Made by a program: the position numbers and the translations under genes. DNA of 64,000 nt from a virus, in IMG/VR virus record IMGVR_UViG_3300029784_000200; one strand, written 5' to 3'. Below, piece after piece: positions 9,358 through 19,502 of this stretch; position 1 is the first letter of the stretch; the number at the start of each line of letters is the position of its first letter. Below the pieces are notes generated by a model. That model made no database searches. It saw only the letters and a program-made list of their open reading frames with translations, and had not been told where the DNA came from.

Positions 9358-10443
9358 TTATGCAGTTGCGGTTTTCATCTGACACAGCTCCATGACGATT
9401 GTCCGGATCAGACCGCCAAGGGATTTCGCCTTATCAACAACAAAATGAACCGCATCAGACAGTTTATAATTTTGGTAGTACAAACGGAGCGCATCGATTA
9501 CAGTATCAATACCGAAATCCTGGGCGATGGTCAGACAATCATTTTTTACATCGCTCGTAAGATCTAAAAGAGGGAGCATCGTGGTCTGGTGCATTGGGTC
9601 GAGACAATCCCACAGATTGATATGATGCTGCCATAAATCACTGGCATTCCAGGTATGGATCATGTTATCTTGATAAATATCCGTATTGATATCACGAATG
9701 ATGTCATTGATTTCATCGATCTCATCAAAGATTGCCCGTTTTGCCTTAATACGAACCTGCTGTTTGATCTGTTTTGCGTCATAATTCTGCTGTAACTTAA
9801 TACAAATGGATTTTTTGAGATCCGGATTTACACGCTCGAATAAAGACCCGAAGCTTCCGTCCGCATCACAGGCTGCCTTGATGTCACATAATCTGCTGGA
9901 TACGGGAAAGCTCATAGCGATCTCATGAAGACCAATGCGCACACGATCAACAATTTTGGACGCACTAAAAGTCTGCTTGGTTGCAAAAACGATCATCGCG
10001 GTCAGTGAAGCACGTAAAACAGCGATGGCTTTAGCCCCCAATAAAACCTGCAGCAAGTCCCGATTGCAAACGAAATAGCCCTTGCCGCCTTCACCGCGAC
10101 GCTTATACATATCACCGATGTTTAAGATCTGCACGAAAACATATCCAGATTCCGGACGTCCGGTTACCTGAATGAAATCGCCCTGTTCCAGGATGTCAAG
10201 GGAGCGATATACAGTTTTTGTTGTGCAGGATAATTGTTCTGCCAGATCTTTGACAGATAAAAGATCCGTCAGGCCGGTATTAGAATTCGCATGAAACTGC
10301 AGAATCAGATAGAGATTTATCTGAGCGACCAAATATCGCTCATGCACATCTTCAGCTTTTTGGATCGTGCATTCTCTGCCGACAAGCTCAAGCCCGAGCA
10401 TTTTTGCTACTGCTGCATTCGATATATTAGCAAATGTCTTCAT
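9358..10443 (-). CDS. replication initiator, RepA_N-like winged-HTH protein (361 aa)
   Basis: N-terminal region YLILQFHANSNTGLTDLLSVKDLAEQLSCTTKTVYRSLDILEQGDFIQVTGRPESGYVFV resembles the RepA_N family of Firmicutes plasmid initiators. Adjacent to the iteron field. Confidence 0.5.
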   Translation of the reverse strand: MKTFANISNAAVAKMLGLELVGRECTIQKAEDVHERYLVAQINLYLILQFHANSNTGLTDLLSVKDLAEQLSCTTKTVYRSLDILEQGDFIQVTGRPESGYVFVQILNIGDMYKRRGEGGKGYFVCNRDLLQVLLGAKAIAVLRASLTAMIVFATKQTFSASKIVDRVRIGLHEIAMSFPVSSRLCDIKAACDADGSFGSLFERVNPDLKKSICIKLQQNYDAKQIKQQVRIKAKRAIFDEIDEINDIIRDINTDIYQDNMIHTWNASDLWQHHINLWDCLDPMHQTTMLPLLDLTSDVKNDCLTIAQDFGIDTVIDALRLYYQNYKLSDAVHFVVDKAKSLGGLIRTIVMELCQMKTATA

Positions 10444-10535
10444 GCGAATTCCTCCTTTCTTTTCAATGTATCAACAGTTTATCCCAACAAATTTGTTTTG
10501 TAAATACTGCCAAAAATCGACCGATTTTCCTCGAA

Positions 10536-12515
10536 TTGCTTTGAAAGTCCACATTTTTAGCGACAAAAATGTGGTTTTGTTCTGAAAGTCCATGTTTTTG
10601 GCGACAAATTTATCGTTTGAACGATCACCGCCCCCGCAATCGAATTTGAAAAAAAAATAATTTCGGCACATTTACGAACAAACCCCCAAAAAGCCAGTTT
10701 CTGATCTTAATCAATACCCGAATTGCGCTGAGAGTCCACATTTTTAGCGACAAAAATGGAAATTTATCGTTTAGATAGTCCGATCGGGATCATCGTCAGG
10801 AAGCACCCAATATCAGAAACAGGGCCAAACAATCGTTTTGTTCTAAAAGTCCACGTTTTTAGCGACAAAAATAGGGTTTTGTTCTGAAAGTCCACATTTT
10901 TAGCGACAAAAATAACTACAGAACGAACAGACGATCTACGAACAAACATTCGCCAAACAATCGTTTTGCTCTAAAAGTCCACATTTTTAGCGACAAAATA
11001 GGACGTACAGGCTTAAAATTTAGGCAGTATTGTGCAATATGTACAATACCATGTTTAATAACGGGTGATTATCACTAAACATCACGAATTATCGTCCTAA
11101 TCCGCGTTTCCTCATGCCAGTTGAGCCGTGACATCTGCCCACTCAATATGTGATTGATAGTTCCCGCCCTGAATTTTTACGGTGCTGAATTCTGGACGCA
11201 GTATGTCGTATGAGAAAAAACGCATTTTATAGAAGAGATTTTGTGTAACATCAAAGCGAAAGGACGCGAACATACATCTTCCGAATAGATGTGATATGCA
11301 CAACACAAATGCCAGCGGCAATTTACCTTGCAAATCAGGTTATAAATGTCCTATGCCATGTATAAACAGGCCAAAAACCATATCGCCGGATGTAGATTGT
11401 ATCAATCTGATCGAGGATGCTTCAAATTGCTCCAAAAGTCCATGTTTTTGGCGACAAAAATACAAGCAGAATTCGACCAGCCGCATTGGATGAACTACGA
11501 ACGCATCGACATCCCGATAATAAATTGCCCCAAAAGTCCACGTTTTTGGCGACAAAAACAGTTGTAAACGATAAAAAGCCATGAACTCCCGGAAAATCAA
11601 GGCAGACACAAGTCTGTACCACCGGCATTTACCAGAATTGCTCTAAAAGTCCATGTTTTCGGCGACAAAAATGAACGCAAACGATAAAAAAGCAAAAAGT
11701 CCTAGCAAATCCGCAGGAAAACGGGTCTGCGCCACTGGTGTTCACCGGAATTGCGCTAAAAGTCCACGTTTTTGGCGACAAAAATATAAGGGAAATTTCA
11801 CCAACCGCATTGGACGAACTATGGTACATCAGTATCCAGAGGGAAAATTGCTCCAAAAGTCCATGTTTTTGGCGACAAAAATGGACTCAAACGATAAAAA
11901 GACGGGAAGCCCCAGAAAATCCGGTCTGGCATAAGTCTGCACTACTGGTATTTACAGGAATTGCACTAAAAGTCCACGTTTTTAGCGACAAAAATATAAG
12001 GAAAATTTGAAAGATCAAATTCAATGGATTATGATATTTCGATATCTCAAGAAAAAATTGCTCCGAAAGTCCATGTTTTTAGCGACAAAAATGAGCGTAA
12101 ATGATAAAAACCAAGGAAATCCGAGCAAATCTGCACGGCACTTAGCTTGTAGAGCTGATGTTCATCGGAATTGCTCCAAAAGTCCGCATTTTCGGCGACA
12201 AAATTATAGGTGGAATTTAGCCACCCGTATCCGGCAGATTCCGATATTTCGACATCTGAAGAAAAAATTATTCCAAAAGTCCACGTTTTTAGCGACAAAA
12301 ATGGGCGCAAACAATAAAAAGACAGTAAGCCCTGCGAAATCCTGACAGGCGCAGGTCCGCACAACTGACATTTACCAGATTGCGCTAAAAGTCCACGTTT
12401 TTGGCGACAAAAATATAGTGGAAATTTGGCCAGTTATATTCAACGGATCGAGGTATGCCAAGAGCTCACAAAAAGAATTGCGCTAAAAGTCCACGTTTTT
12501 AGCGACAAAAAATGA
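10536..12515. repeat. iteron field: 17 copies of a ~35-bp unit AATTGCNCYAAAAGTCCAYGTTTTTRGCGACAAAAAT, partly organised as ~220-bp higher-order tandem units
   Basis: Copies at ~10541, 10571, 10721, 10841, 10871, 10961, 11421, 11521, 11631, 11751, 11841, 11951, 12051, 12171, 12271, 12381 and 12471. Contains the inverted core TTTTTGGCGACAAAAA. Confidence 0.85.
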
Positions 12516-12543
12516 ATTAAAACGATAATTATAGAGAAATAAG

Positions 12544-12593
12544 CCAAAAAGTGTTATCCGCAAAAAATGTGCCGATACACATCAGGCATACTG
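12544..12593 (+). promoter_or_regulatory. element promoter box - N19 - CATACTGT (copy 2)
   Basis: CCAAAAAGTGTTATCCGCAAAAA at 12544-12566 and CATACTG at 12587-12593. Confidence 0.55.
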
Positions 12594-12696
12594 TTAAATA
12601 TGAAGCCGCAACGTATGGTTCCGCCTTGACGGAGCCCGTCGGTTTCGTATAAAATAGCGACAGGATAATATAATAAGAGAAAGTGAGGAGTGAGGA

Positions 12697-14253
12697 GTGG
12701 AAGATAAATTCTTAACCGAAGGTATTTTAAACCAGTTTGTTAAGACGATCAGCGAAGATATCCCGATTCTGCTGGCAAGCTTGTGCAAGAATTATTTCTG
12801 CGTGGATGATGAAGTCACAAAAATCGTCGAAGATCATTTGCTGGAACGCATCTATCTGACAGACTCTACCTATTACGAAAAAATCAAAACGCCGGAGCAG
12901 AACGTCATGAAGGCGCTGGATAGAAAGCGGCGCTATCAATTAAAACGTCTGTTTGAGGATCTCGACTGTGATCAAGAAAAAGCACTAAATGGGAATCCGA
13001 CCGCAAGTCTTGGATCCCCATACAGCCAGTTTACCCTGATGATCATGTGTGATGCGACCGGTATGAGCATAGAGGAAAGCGTCGGAATCGTAGCATCCAA
13101 GATTGAGGCATTCCGCAAACTGGTCAGCGATCAGGATTACGGGAAAAAGTCACAAACACAAATAGAATTCCATGGCTTTTACGAATATCCATACTTTACT
13201 TTGTTGTCGGCCGACAATCGCCGGAGAGCTGAAAAGTTCCTACGTATCGACCTCGAAGAATTCATTCTGAGTTGTTCTACATCTCCAAAATATAACCAAT
13301 ATGTTTCTTATCCGGCGGACAGTGTTGGACGCGGTTTCTACGGTGAGATCGTACGTAGTAAAAAAGAAGATACGGAATACGAAGTCGTAACATCTCAGTA
13401 TCTGCGTGATACATTTTTCCCGGATGAGCAGGGTATCAACCACGTAAAAATCATTTCCAAAAAACCATGGGACTTGAAAGATATGGAGCTGTTCGGGTAT
13501 CTTTGTACAAAAGGCGTGAGCGAGCTTTTAAGGAGCGGCATCGGCGGAAAACCGACTCTGGAGGTCAGAGGCACAATCAGAGAACTCTGCAAAATCGTTT
13601 CCCCGGAAGCAAAGTCTTACGGGCAGAAATCATACACCTTAGTCCAGGCCCGCCTCGAAAACATGATCAATACAAAACTGGAAGCGATCACAGTTGACGG
13701 GAGACAAATCATCCAGCAGCTTTTTGACCGCGTCATTATAGATAACCCCGCACTTCAAAAAACGGCAGCCTCAAAGCATGAAAAGCAAGGTGGCTATTAT
13801 ACACTCCGGATCGCCTGGAGTTTAACGGAAGATATTTTATCCCACCGACTGTCTACGGTTATCAAGGCGCGAATCTCCGAATTAAAAAATCCGGTCAGTA
13901 TCATACTTTATGCGCCACTCAAAAAGGACCGCGCCGTAGATCTGTGCATGTATAATCGCGGTAGCCATGAATATGCCATCATTGATCTGATGCTCCTGTA
14001 TCGGCTTGATGCGAGACGTAAAGCGACCAGAATTGAAAAATTTTCAGAAGTTTTTGAAGAAATGAAATCAAAAAGACTTCTGATTAAAGATTACGCTGTG
14101 GTGAACTCCAAATTTGTTATTACATGGATGCCACTCAGCCCGGAGGAAAAAAATGATATCCGGGTTTTGCAAAAAGGATCGGATTCAATTATCGACGTAA
14201 CAGCAACTGAGTCGCCTGTTGAAGCGGAAAAGAAAAACAGGAAAATGACCTGA
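12697..14253 (+). CDS. hypothetical protein (518 aa); possible second replication/maintenance protein by position
   Basis: Long ORF directly downstream of the iteron field with RBS GAGGAGTGAGGAGTG; no recognisable motif. Confidence 0.5.
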   Translation: MEDKFLTEGILNQFVKTISEDIPILLASLCKNYFCVDDEVTKIVEDHLLERIYLTDSTYYEKIKTPEQNVMKALDRKRRYQLKRLFEDLDCDQEKALNGNPTASLGSPYSQFTLMIMCDATGMSIEESVGIVASKIEAFRKLVSDQDYGKKSQTQIEFHGFYEYPYFTLLSADNRRRAEKFLRIDLEEFILSCSTSPKYNQYVSYPADSVGRGFYGEIVRSKKEDTEYEVVTSQYLRDTFFPDEQGINHVKIISKKPWDLKDMELFGYLCTKGVSELLRSGIGGKPTLEVRGTIRELCKIVSPEAKSYGQKSYTLVQARLENMINTKLEAITVDGRQIIQQLFDRVIIDNPALQKTAASKHEKQGGYYTLRIAWSLTEDILSHRLSTVIKARISELKNPVSIILYAPLKKDRAVDLCMYNRGSHEYAIIDLMLLYRLDARRKATRIEKFSEVFEEMKSKRLLIKDYAVVNSKFVITWMPLSPEEKNDIRVLQKGSDSIIDVTATESPVEAEKKNRKMT

Positions 14254-14254
14254 A

Positions 14255-14290
14255 AGGAGACCGGAGCTAATTAAGCTCCGGTCTTTTTTT
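14255..14290 (+). terminator. Rho-independent terminator
   Basis: GAGACCGGAGCTAATTAAGCTCCGGTC followed by TTTTTTT. Confidence 0.65.
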
Positions 14291-14293
14291 GTG

Positions 14294-14347
14294 CCAAAAA
14301 GTGTTATCCGCAAAACCAGACAGTTTCGCAAAACTGATACATACTGA
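14294..14347 (+). promoter_or_regulatory. element promoter box - N23 - CATACTGA (copy 3)
   Basis: CCAAAAAGTGTTATCCGCAAAA at 14294-14315 and CATACTGA at 14340-14347. Confidence 0.55.
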
Positions 14348-14373
14348 AAAAAAATGAGAGGGAGGTTACTCAC

Positions 14374-15348
14374 ATGCCATTGTTCTTCTTACCGCGAAAA
14401 AAAAGAATAACGGATCACACTGAAAATCCATTAAAGAACTCTGGAGATGATATCATGTGCAAAGAACTGTTTGTGCGGGATACTCTTGCAATGTATACCG
14501 TGCGGTTTCTGCCGGAGCAGCCGGCAAATTATAAACCGTGCGGAGATAACCCGGAAGCCGGATTAAAAGTATTGTCCGGAGTATTTCTTGGCTCATGCAT
14601 GGCATCCGATGGCATGGCTAAGAAAAGTTGGGAACAGAAGCGTGCGGCAAAATGCAATGCCAGTAGTGTCCACGCACTTGCTGTCTGGATGGCGCTAAAA
14701 GAACTGAAACGAAAAAATGCGCCAGTTGATGTATTGCCTGATATCTGCAGTCAGACCATAAAAAAATGCGTCAAAAAATATAACGTTCCCTGCGATAATG
14801 TATTTGGATTTGACAGTGCGCTGGCAGTCGGTGGATGTATAGCCGGGGCGTTTTCTGACGACCCAAAAGAAGTGATCCGGATGGCTTCTATGAGTTCTTA
14901 TCATCCATCCTGGCATCCGGAGGGCATGCGCGGCAGCATTGTTTCGGCTGTGTGCGTGTGGATGGCGCTCCATCAAGCCACAATCGAAGAAATTACACAA
15001 TATGCCTGTAATCATTACGGAAAAGACACTGCACCGGTGGAATACTGTTTTTCACATGGCCGCATTACCGTCGACATGACTATGGATGATCTGCTTGGGA
15101 CTCCATCCTATCAGCTTACGGATAACAGTTGCATCATTGTTGTTCCGGAAGCGCTGTTTAACCTAATCCATTCTGACCGGTTCACATCCGCAATCCGCAC
15201 TGCCCAGACCTATCCGTGTGATAAACAAAGCGTACCGTCATTAACGGGAGCGTTAGCCGGAGCGCTGTACAATGGTGTTCCCGGGGAACTCCTTAAAAAA
15301 TATAAAGATCATTTTCCGGTCGAATTGCGAGCCAGACTCACGTCATAA
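14374..15348 (+). CDS. ADP-ribosylglycohydrolase (ARH/DraG)-like protein (324 aa)
   Basis: C-terminal TGALAGALYNGVPGEL resembles the conserved GAIAGAxYG motif of the ARH family. The N-terminal match is weak. RBS GAGGGAGGTTACTCACATG. Confidence 0.4.
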   Translation: MPLFFLPRKKRITDHTENPLKNSGDDIMCKELFVRDTLAMYTVRFLPEQPANYKPCGDNPEAGLKVLSGVFLGSCMASDGMAKKSWEQKRAAKCNASSVHALAVWMALKELKRKNAPVDVLPDICSQTIKKCVKKYNVPCDNVFGFDSALAVGGCIAGAFSDDPKEVIRMASMSSYHPSWHPEGMRGSIVSAVCVWMALHQATIEEITQYACNHYGKDTAPVEYCFSHGRITVDMTMDDLLGTPSYQLTDNSCIIVVPEALFNLIHSDRFTSAIRTAQTYPCDKQSVPSLTGALAGALYNGVPGELLKKYKDHFPVELRARLTS

Positions 15349-15358
15349 CAAAAAATAC

Positions 15359-15387
15359 GACTCCGGCATAATGCTGCCGGAGTCATA
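15359..15387. terminator. bidirectional terminator hairpin
   Basis: CGACTCCGGCATAATGCTGCCGGAGTC between convergent genes. Confidence 0.55.
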
Positions 15388-15389
15388 AG

Positions 15390-15556
15390 TCAGCAGAAAA
15401 TCTGCATTTTAACCATTTCGAAAAGCCAGGTGGAAAAAATAGTCCCCTGGTTTTTCTGTTCTTCAGAAACTTTCATTTGGAACATGCGGTAAGCTTTTCG
15501 CATGCTGATTCGTTCTGGTCTCCCGTTTTCGTAATAACAGAATCCGTTTCTCATTT
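15390..15556 (-). CDS. small hypothetical protein (~54 aa), translationally coupled (ATGA overlap) to the upstream gene
   Basis: Minus-strand ATG at 15554-15556 overlaps the TGA stop of gene 15551-16255; RBS GGGAAGGAGTCAGACGAAATG. Confidence 0.3.
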
Positions 15557-16255
15557 CGTCTGACTCCTTCCCGTTCGCATAGTGCCTGCCTGCGCTTCCT
15601 GTTTAGTTAACCATTCCTGCTTTTTTAAGTAGACCGCCCGCAGTTTATCGCAAATCTGTATTTTGTTTTCCAGACTGCGTCGCATTTTCTGATAAGCGGA
15701 ATCATCGAACCGATCACCCAGGTAGTCATAAACCATTGCAGCATACGGAGCCAGTCTGTTGCCGCATGCACGGTATAGTTTCTGGTACTTCCGGGTCATT
15801 TCCTCTGCTCTTGCGATAATCAAAGAACAATAAAGCTGTGGGTCTTGCTCATACAGTCCACAAAAGCTGACTATCTTTTCCCCATCTGGCGTATCGATCT
15901 GCATGCCAGCGTTCGTAACTGCTAATGCGTCTGCTTCTTCTTGGCTCAGCCATACTGCGGATTTTTTTGTTGTTTCCCCGATTGGTGTTGGTACAATTCC
16001 ATAAAACTTCAAGATTCCGGCGCAGGCTTCCTCATAGTTTAAGGAATTCTGAATCCGGAATAGTTCTACTTTGTTTGCCGACAGTCCGCAGCTCCAGCAT
16101 TTCCAATATTCCCCATCCCTGGAAGTCATGCCGGAACCATTTTTACCGGAACCGGATCCACAGTTGGGACAGATATAGCTTTTTCTGTTTCTCGCCAACG
16201 GTAAAAATCCGGGTTCCAGATACCGGATCGCTGTCATATCATATTTTGTCATCAC
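15551..16255 (-). CDS. zinc-ribbon protein (234 aa; CPNCGSG...CWSCG, primase-type CHC2-like Zn finger)
   Basis: Cys4 motif near the N-terminus; CCATACTGT element about 45 nt upstream (reverse complement at 16286). Confidence 0.5.
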   Translation of the reverse strand: MMTKYDMTAIRYLEPGFLPLARNRKSYICPNCGSGSGKNGSGMTSRDGEYWKCWSCGLSANKVELFRIQNSLNYEEACAGILKFYGIVPTPIGETTKKSAVWLSQEEADALAVTNAGMQIDTPDGEKIVSFCGLYEQDPQLYCSLIIARAEEMTRKYQKLYRACGNRLAPYAAMVYDYLGDRFDDSAYQKMRRSLENKIQICDKLRAVYLKKQEWLTKQEAQAGTMRTGRSQTK

Positions 16256-16365
16256 ACATTTTCTCCTTTCGCAATTTCTTATCGTTTTGCCTACAGTATG
16301 GATTCCGGTACCGCAAATTTCAAGCCAAAAAATTCAGGGCTAAAAACCCAGTAAAACAATTTCCG

Positions 16366-16487
16366 AAGTCTATATTACGTATTAGAGTGTCGCAAATTTT
16401 TTATACATGGACGAGAACCTCGGTAAAATAATGATTGTAGGGGGGGTGTACAAAAAATGGAAGTTTATATTACGTATTAGAGTGTCG
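16366..16487. repeat. direct repeat of 25 bp TATATTACGTATTAGAGTGTCGCAA (2 copies, 97 bp apart)
   Basis: Exact copies at 16366-16390 and 16463-16487 inside the 1.4-kb noncoding tract. Confidence 0.7.
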
Positions 16488-17242
16488 CAAGTGCTTTGCG
16501 GAATTTTTAAATGAGGTGAAAAAAGAGGGTTAAAAATCGGAAAAAGCTTTTTCGCTCTCTCCGATTTTCGTAGGTAGCGGATGAGATTTCAGTTTGTGAA
16601 GGAAACAATCTGGATAACAGAAACATAAAAAATGAAAAAATAGAGAAGTCAAAGACGCGAGGATAAATCCATTTTCTTTTATCGCGTTCTTAGGTAGCGG
16701 CAGATGCTTTCGCTTGGACGTGAGCCTGTAAAACAGTGTCCGCATAAGAAACCGTCCTACGCCCCCCTGCCTTCATTTCCACCGTAAAATCCTGGAAATC
16801 CAATAAAATCCCGATAAAAATCACGAAAATTAAATGATCGTACCGCCTGACGTTCAGTTGAAAACTCCTTATTCCATAAGGATCCGGCAGAAAATGCAGA
16901 AAAAAATCCAGAAAGGAATGCTGGAACACATTCTATCCATCAGAGTGATAGAGAAAAGACGTTCAGACGTACCTTTGAAGCTCCGCCGACGCAAATTCCC
17001 GTCCTTCGGCGCTGGAAAGATAGTCGATTCAGGCGTCAGGGAGAGTAGTGCGGTTATACGTCCCCCTGTATTTTCCTCTTTCCATCCATTTTCCGCTGCC
17101 GTTTAACGATATCCGCGTATCGAAATCATGGAAAAGAGTACGTATTTCGGACTTTTCCGTAGGAAAACACCACGAATACCCATAGATCTGCAAAAGAGAA
17201 GAAAAAAGATGCAGAAAAAAGAAAAGAAAGCCCCAGCCTGAT

Positions 17243-17478
17243 ATCCTTGCGGATAAGAGATAGTGGCACCCTTAAGGGTGACGCAAAAAGACGTCCTCCG
17301 GTACTCCTTGCGGATAAGAGATAGTGGCACCCTTAAGGGTGACGCAAAAAGACGTCCTCCGGTACTCCTTGCGGATAAGAGATAGTGGCACCCTTAAGGG
17401 TGACGCAAAAAGACGTCCTCCGGTACTCCTTGCGGATAAGAGATAGTGGCACCCTTAAGGGTGACGCAAAAAGACGTC
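17243..17478. repeat. four tandem, near-perfect 61-bp repeats, each with the 14-bp palindrome CACCCTTAAGGGTG
   Basis: Unit TCCTTGCGGATAAGAGATAGTGGCACCCTTAAGGGTGACGCAAAAAGACGTCCTCCGGTAC at 17243, 17304, 17365 and 17426 (last copy diverges at its 3' end). 61 bp is not a multiple of 3. Confidence 0.9.
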
Positions 17479-17600
17479 TTTCCGTACCGCTCACAAATAT
17501 CCTCCATATCTTCTGCAAAACAAAAAATAGAAAGGTCACACATACTGAAAGCGTTTTCCCGGAAATACCGCAGGACGTATCTTTAAAAACGGCCCGCCCA

Positions 17601-17619
17601 GGTGTTCCCGGGGAACACC
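17601..17619. promoter_or_regulatory. 19-bp palindrome GGTGTTCCCGGGGAACACC (copy 3 of 7)
   Basis: About 45 nt upstream of RBS/start at 17652-17664. Confidence 0.55.
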
Positions 17620-17663
17620 CATATAAGAGAAAAACATTGACGCATCAAAAGAACGGAGGACTT

Positions 17664-18608
17664 GCCTTGGAAGAAAAACAGAAGACGAAGTCTGGAACCC
17701 GCATCCGGAATTTTTCCCGCCGGATCCGGAATGCAGCTTCGGATCTGATCGCCGGGATCAAGAAAGGCCAGCAGGAAACCAAATCGGAATATGGAACAAA
17801 ACAGGAAATAGGAAAAGAAGAAAGAAAAGAGCAAATGGAGCAGCTCCAGATGCGTACGGCAGCAGGCGTAATTTCACTCCTCTGCTTCTGCTGCCTTCCG
17901 GTCATCGCTGCGGAGACCATGCAGCCGGAAGGAGAAACAAAGACAGCCACCGCGTCGGAGGCGACTGCATCGGAAGCCGATACATTTGAGCTGGAAGGAA
18001 GGACGAGAAACGTCAGGACACAGTTCCCCGTCACGGACGGATTCCATAAAAACCGCGCCGGGAAATGGAACTACTACAAAAACGGTATGATCGTGAAAAA
18101 TACCTGGGAACAGGAAGACGGAATCTGGTATTACCTGGACGCGTCCGGACGTATGGCGTCGGACTGCTGGCAGCAGGTGAACGGAACCTGGTATTATTTT
18201 GATCCGTCCGGCGCCCTGCATGATGGATGGCTATTATACCATGACGAATGGTACTACATGACAGATGCCGGCATGATGACCGGATACGCAGACATCCCGG
18301 GTGGAGAAGATTCGGACAGCTTTTACTTTTACGAGGATGGACGGCTTGCCGTGAATGCGGCGACGCCGGACGGACGGGCCGCTGATTCGGACGGATACCT
18401 CATGCCGCCGGACGGAACCCTGCCGTCTTTTTTCTGGGACGCATCCGGGGATCCGTCCGTAGGGACGCTCTCCGGCCTCACGATCGCCGGAATGCCGGCC
18501 GAGTTCTATATGCTCTCCATCGCCGGGGAAACGTCCGGTGGACAGATCATCATGGGGGACCGTGGACGCCATACGGGATCTGCCAGTTTGATTACCGGTA
18601 CGATCTGA
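17664..18608 (+). CDS. secreted/anchored cell-wall-binding repeat protein (choline-binding/CW_binding_1-type WYY repeats)
   Basis: TTG start at 17664 six nt after GGAGGA (alternative ATG at 17835). Hydrophobic segment AAGVISLLCFCCLPVIAA; repeats GKWNYYKNG, DGIWYYLDASG, NGTWYYFDPSG, DEWYYMTDAG. Confidence 0.5.
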   Translation, partial: ALEEKQKTKSGTRIRNFSRRIRNAASDLIAGIKKGQQETKSEYGTKQEIGKEERKEQMEQLQMRTAAGVISLLCFCCLPVIAAETMQPEGETKTATASEATASEADTFELEGRTRNVRTQFPVTDGFHKNRAGKWNYYKNGMIVKNTWEQEDGIWYYLDASGRMASDCWQQVNGTWYYFDPSGALHDGWLLYHDEWYYMTDAGMMTGYADIPGGEDSDSFYFYEDGRLAVNAATPDGRAADSDGYLMPPDGTLPSFFWDASGDPSVGTLSGLTIAGMPAEFYMLSIAGETSGGQIIMGDRGRHTGSASLITGTI

Positions 18609-18739
18609 CGGATTTTATCCGGTACGCTTACGGAAAGCACCCGGGACTCTGGGCGGAATTATCCGCTTACTTAAATGTCGCGGACGGTGATGAAACGCTT
18701 GTCGGGAACACGGCCCTCCGGGACGCGTTCTACGCTGCC

Positions 18740-19417
18740 ATGGCCCGCTCTTACGAAGCCGCCATCACCGACCAGTTGGAATATATGCGTGCGAGATACT
18801 GGGACGCATTCCGGACACGCATGGACGAAGCCGGTTATCATCTGTCTACGCGTCATATCGCGGTACAGGCAGCATTCTTTTCGGTCAATGTAAACTGCGG
18901 GGTACAAACGGATCTGTACCTTTCCGAGATCCGTCCGGACCTGACAGACGCGGAAATGATCTGCAGGCTCTATACACTCCGGAATACTGTCCTTGCGGAA
19001 CAGAATGTCGGGCGTCACAAAAAAGGAACGACCGCGAGATACCGTCAGTACGAACCGCAGATGGCGCTGGACCTGCTGCACGGATACGTCACGATCGACA
19101 GCAAAAAGGCATACGGTGGCGGAGTTTCCTGGTGCGGTAACATTTTCGCAAACGGCATCATTTCAACCGCAGCGACAGAGGGCACCAGCACGGAATGGCT
19201 GGCACTGCAGGCGAAAGAAACTCCCGCGGAGGAGACGGATCCCATGCCGGAAACAGCGACCGCATCAGAAGCATTGACCGGACTGGAACAGGGTTCCGAA
19301 ACCGACCAGGCGGAAGACCCAAAAACCGAGCAGAAACCAGACTGCGGCCAGACGCTAACCGATGAGCGGGAAGGAAAGGAAGGACCGGCCATCGACAATG
19401 ACCAATCCAGTACTTGA
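18740..19417 (+). pseudogene. C-terminal domain ORF in the -1 frame, open from 18386 with no start codon or RBS; probable frameshifted continuation of 17664-18608
   Basis: Frame 2 is open from the stop at 18383 through 19417 with no ATG/GTG/TTG before 18740 and no RBS at 18740. The upstream in-frame peptide ...QFDYRYDLTDFIRYAYGKHPGLWAEL... is protein-like. Confidence 0.35.
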
Positions 19418-19502
19418 TCTTTAAGAATTTGTCATGCCGCCATTCTCTCCGTCTACATACTGAACATGAAACAATTTAAGAAAAGGAAAGGAGAAAGAAA
19501 AA

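Noticed and set aside
8823-9567. Small ORFs 8823-9017, 8850-9101, 8954-9223, 9030-9215, 9271-9567
   Set aside because: They lie in the AT-rich DnaA-box region or antisense to rep. The peptides are K/E/I-rich low-complexity, with no RBS.
10471-12364. About 15 small ORFs (61-112 aa) on both strands, e.g. 11340-11609, 11653-11934, 12007-12345
   Set aside because: They tile the 35-bp iteron field. Their peptides are repeat translations (SPKTWTF.., CSKSPRFWRQK..), with no RBS and mutually overlapping frames.
17385-17663. N-terminal extension of the track ORF 17385-18608 (GTG start)
   Set aside because: It reads straight through four identical 61-bp repeats (not a multiple of 3) and the GGTGTT...AACACC palindrome. 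A good RBS plus TTG/ATG starts exist downstream.
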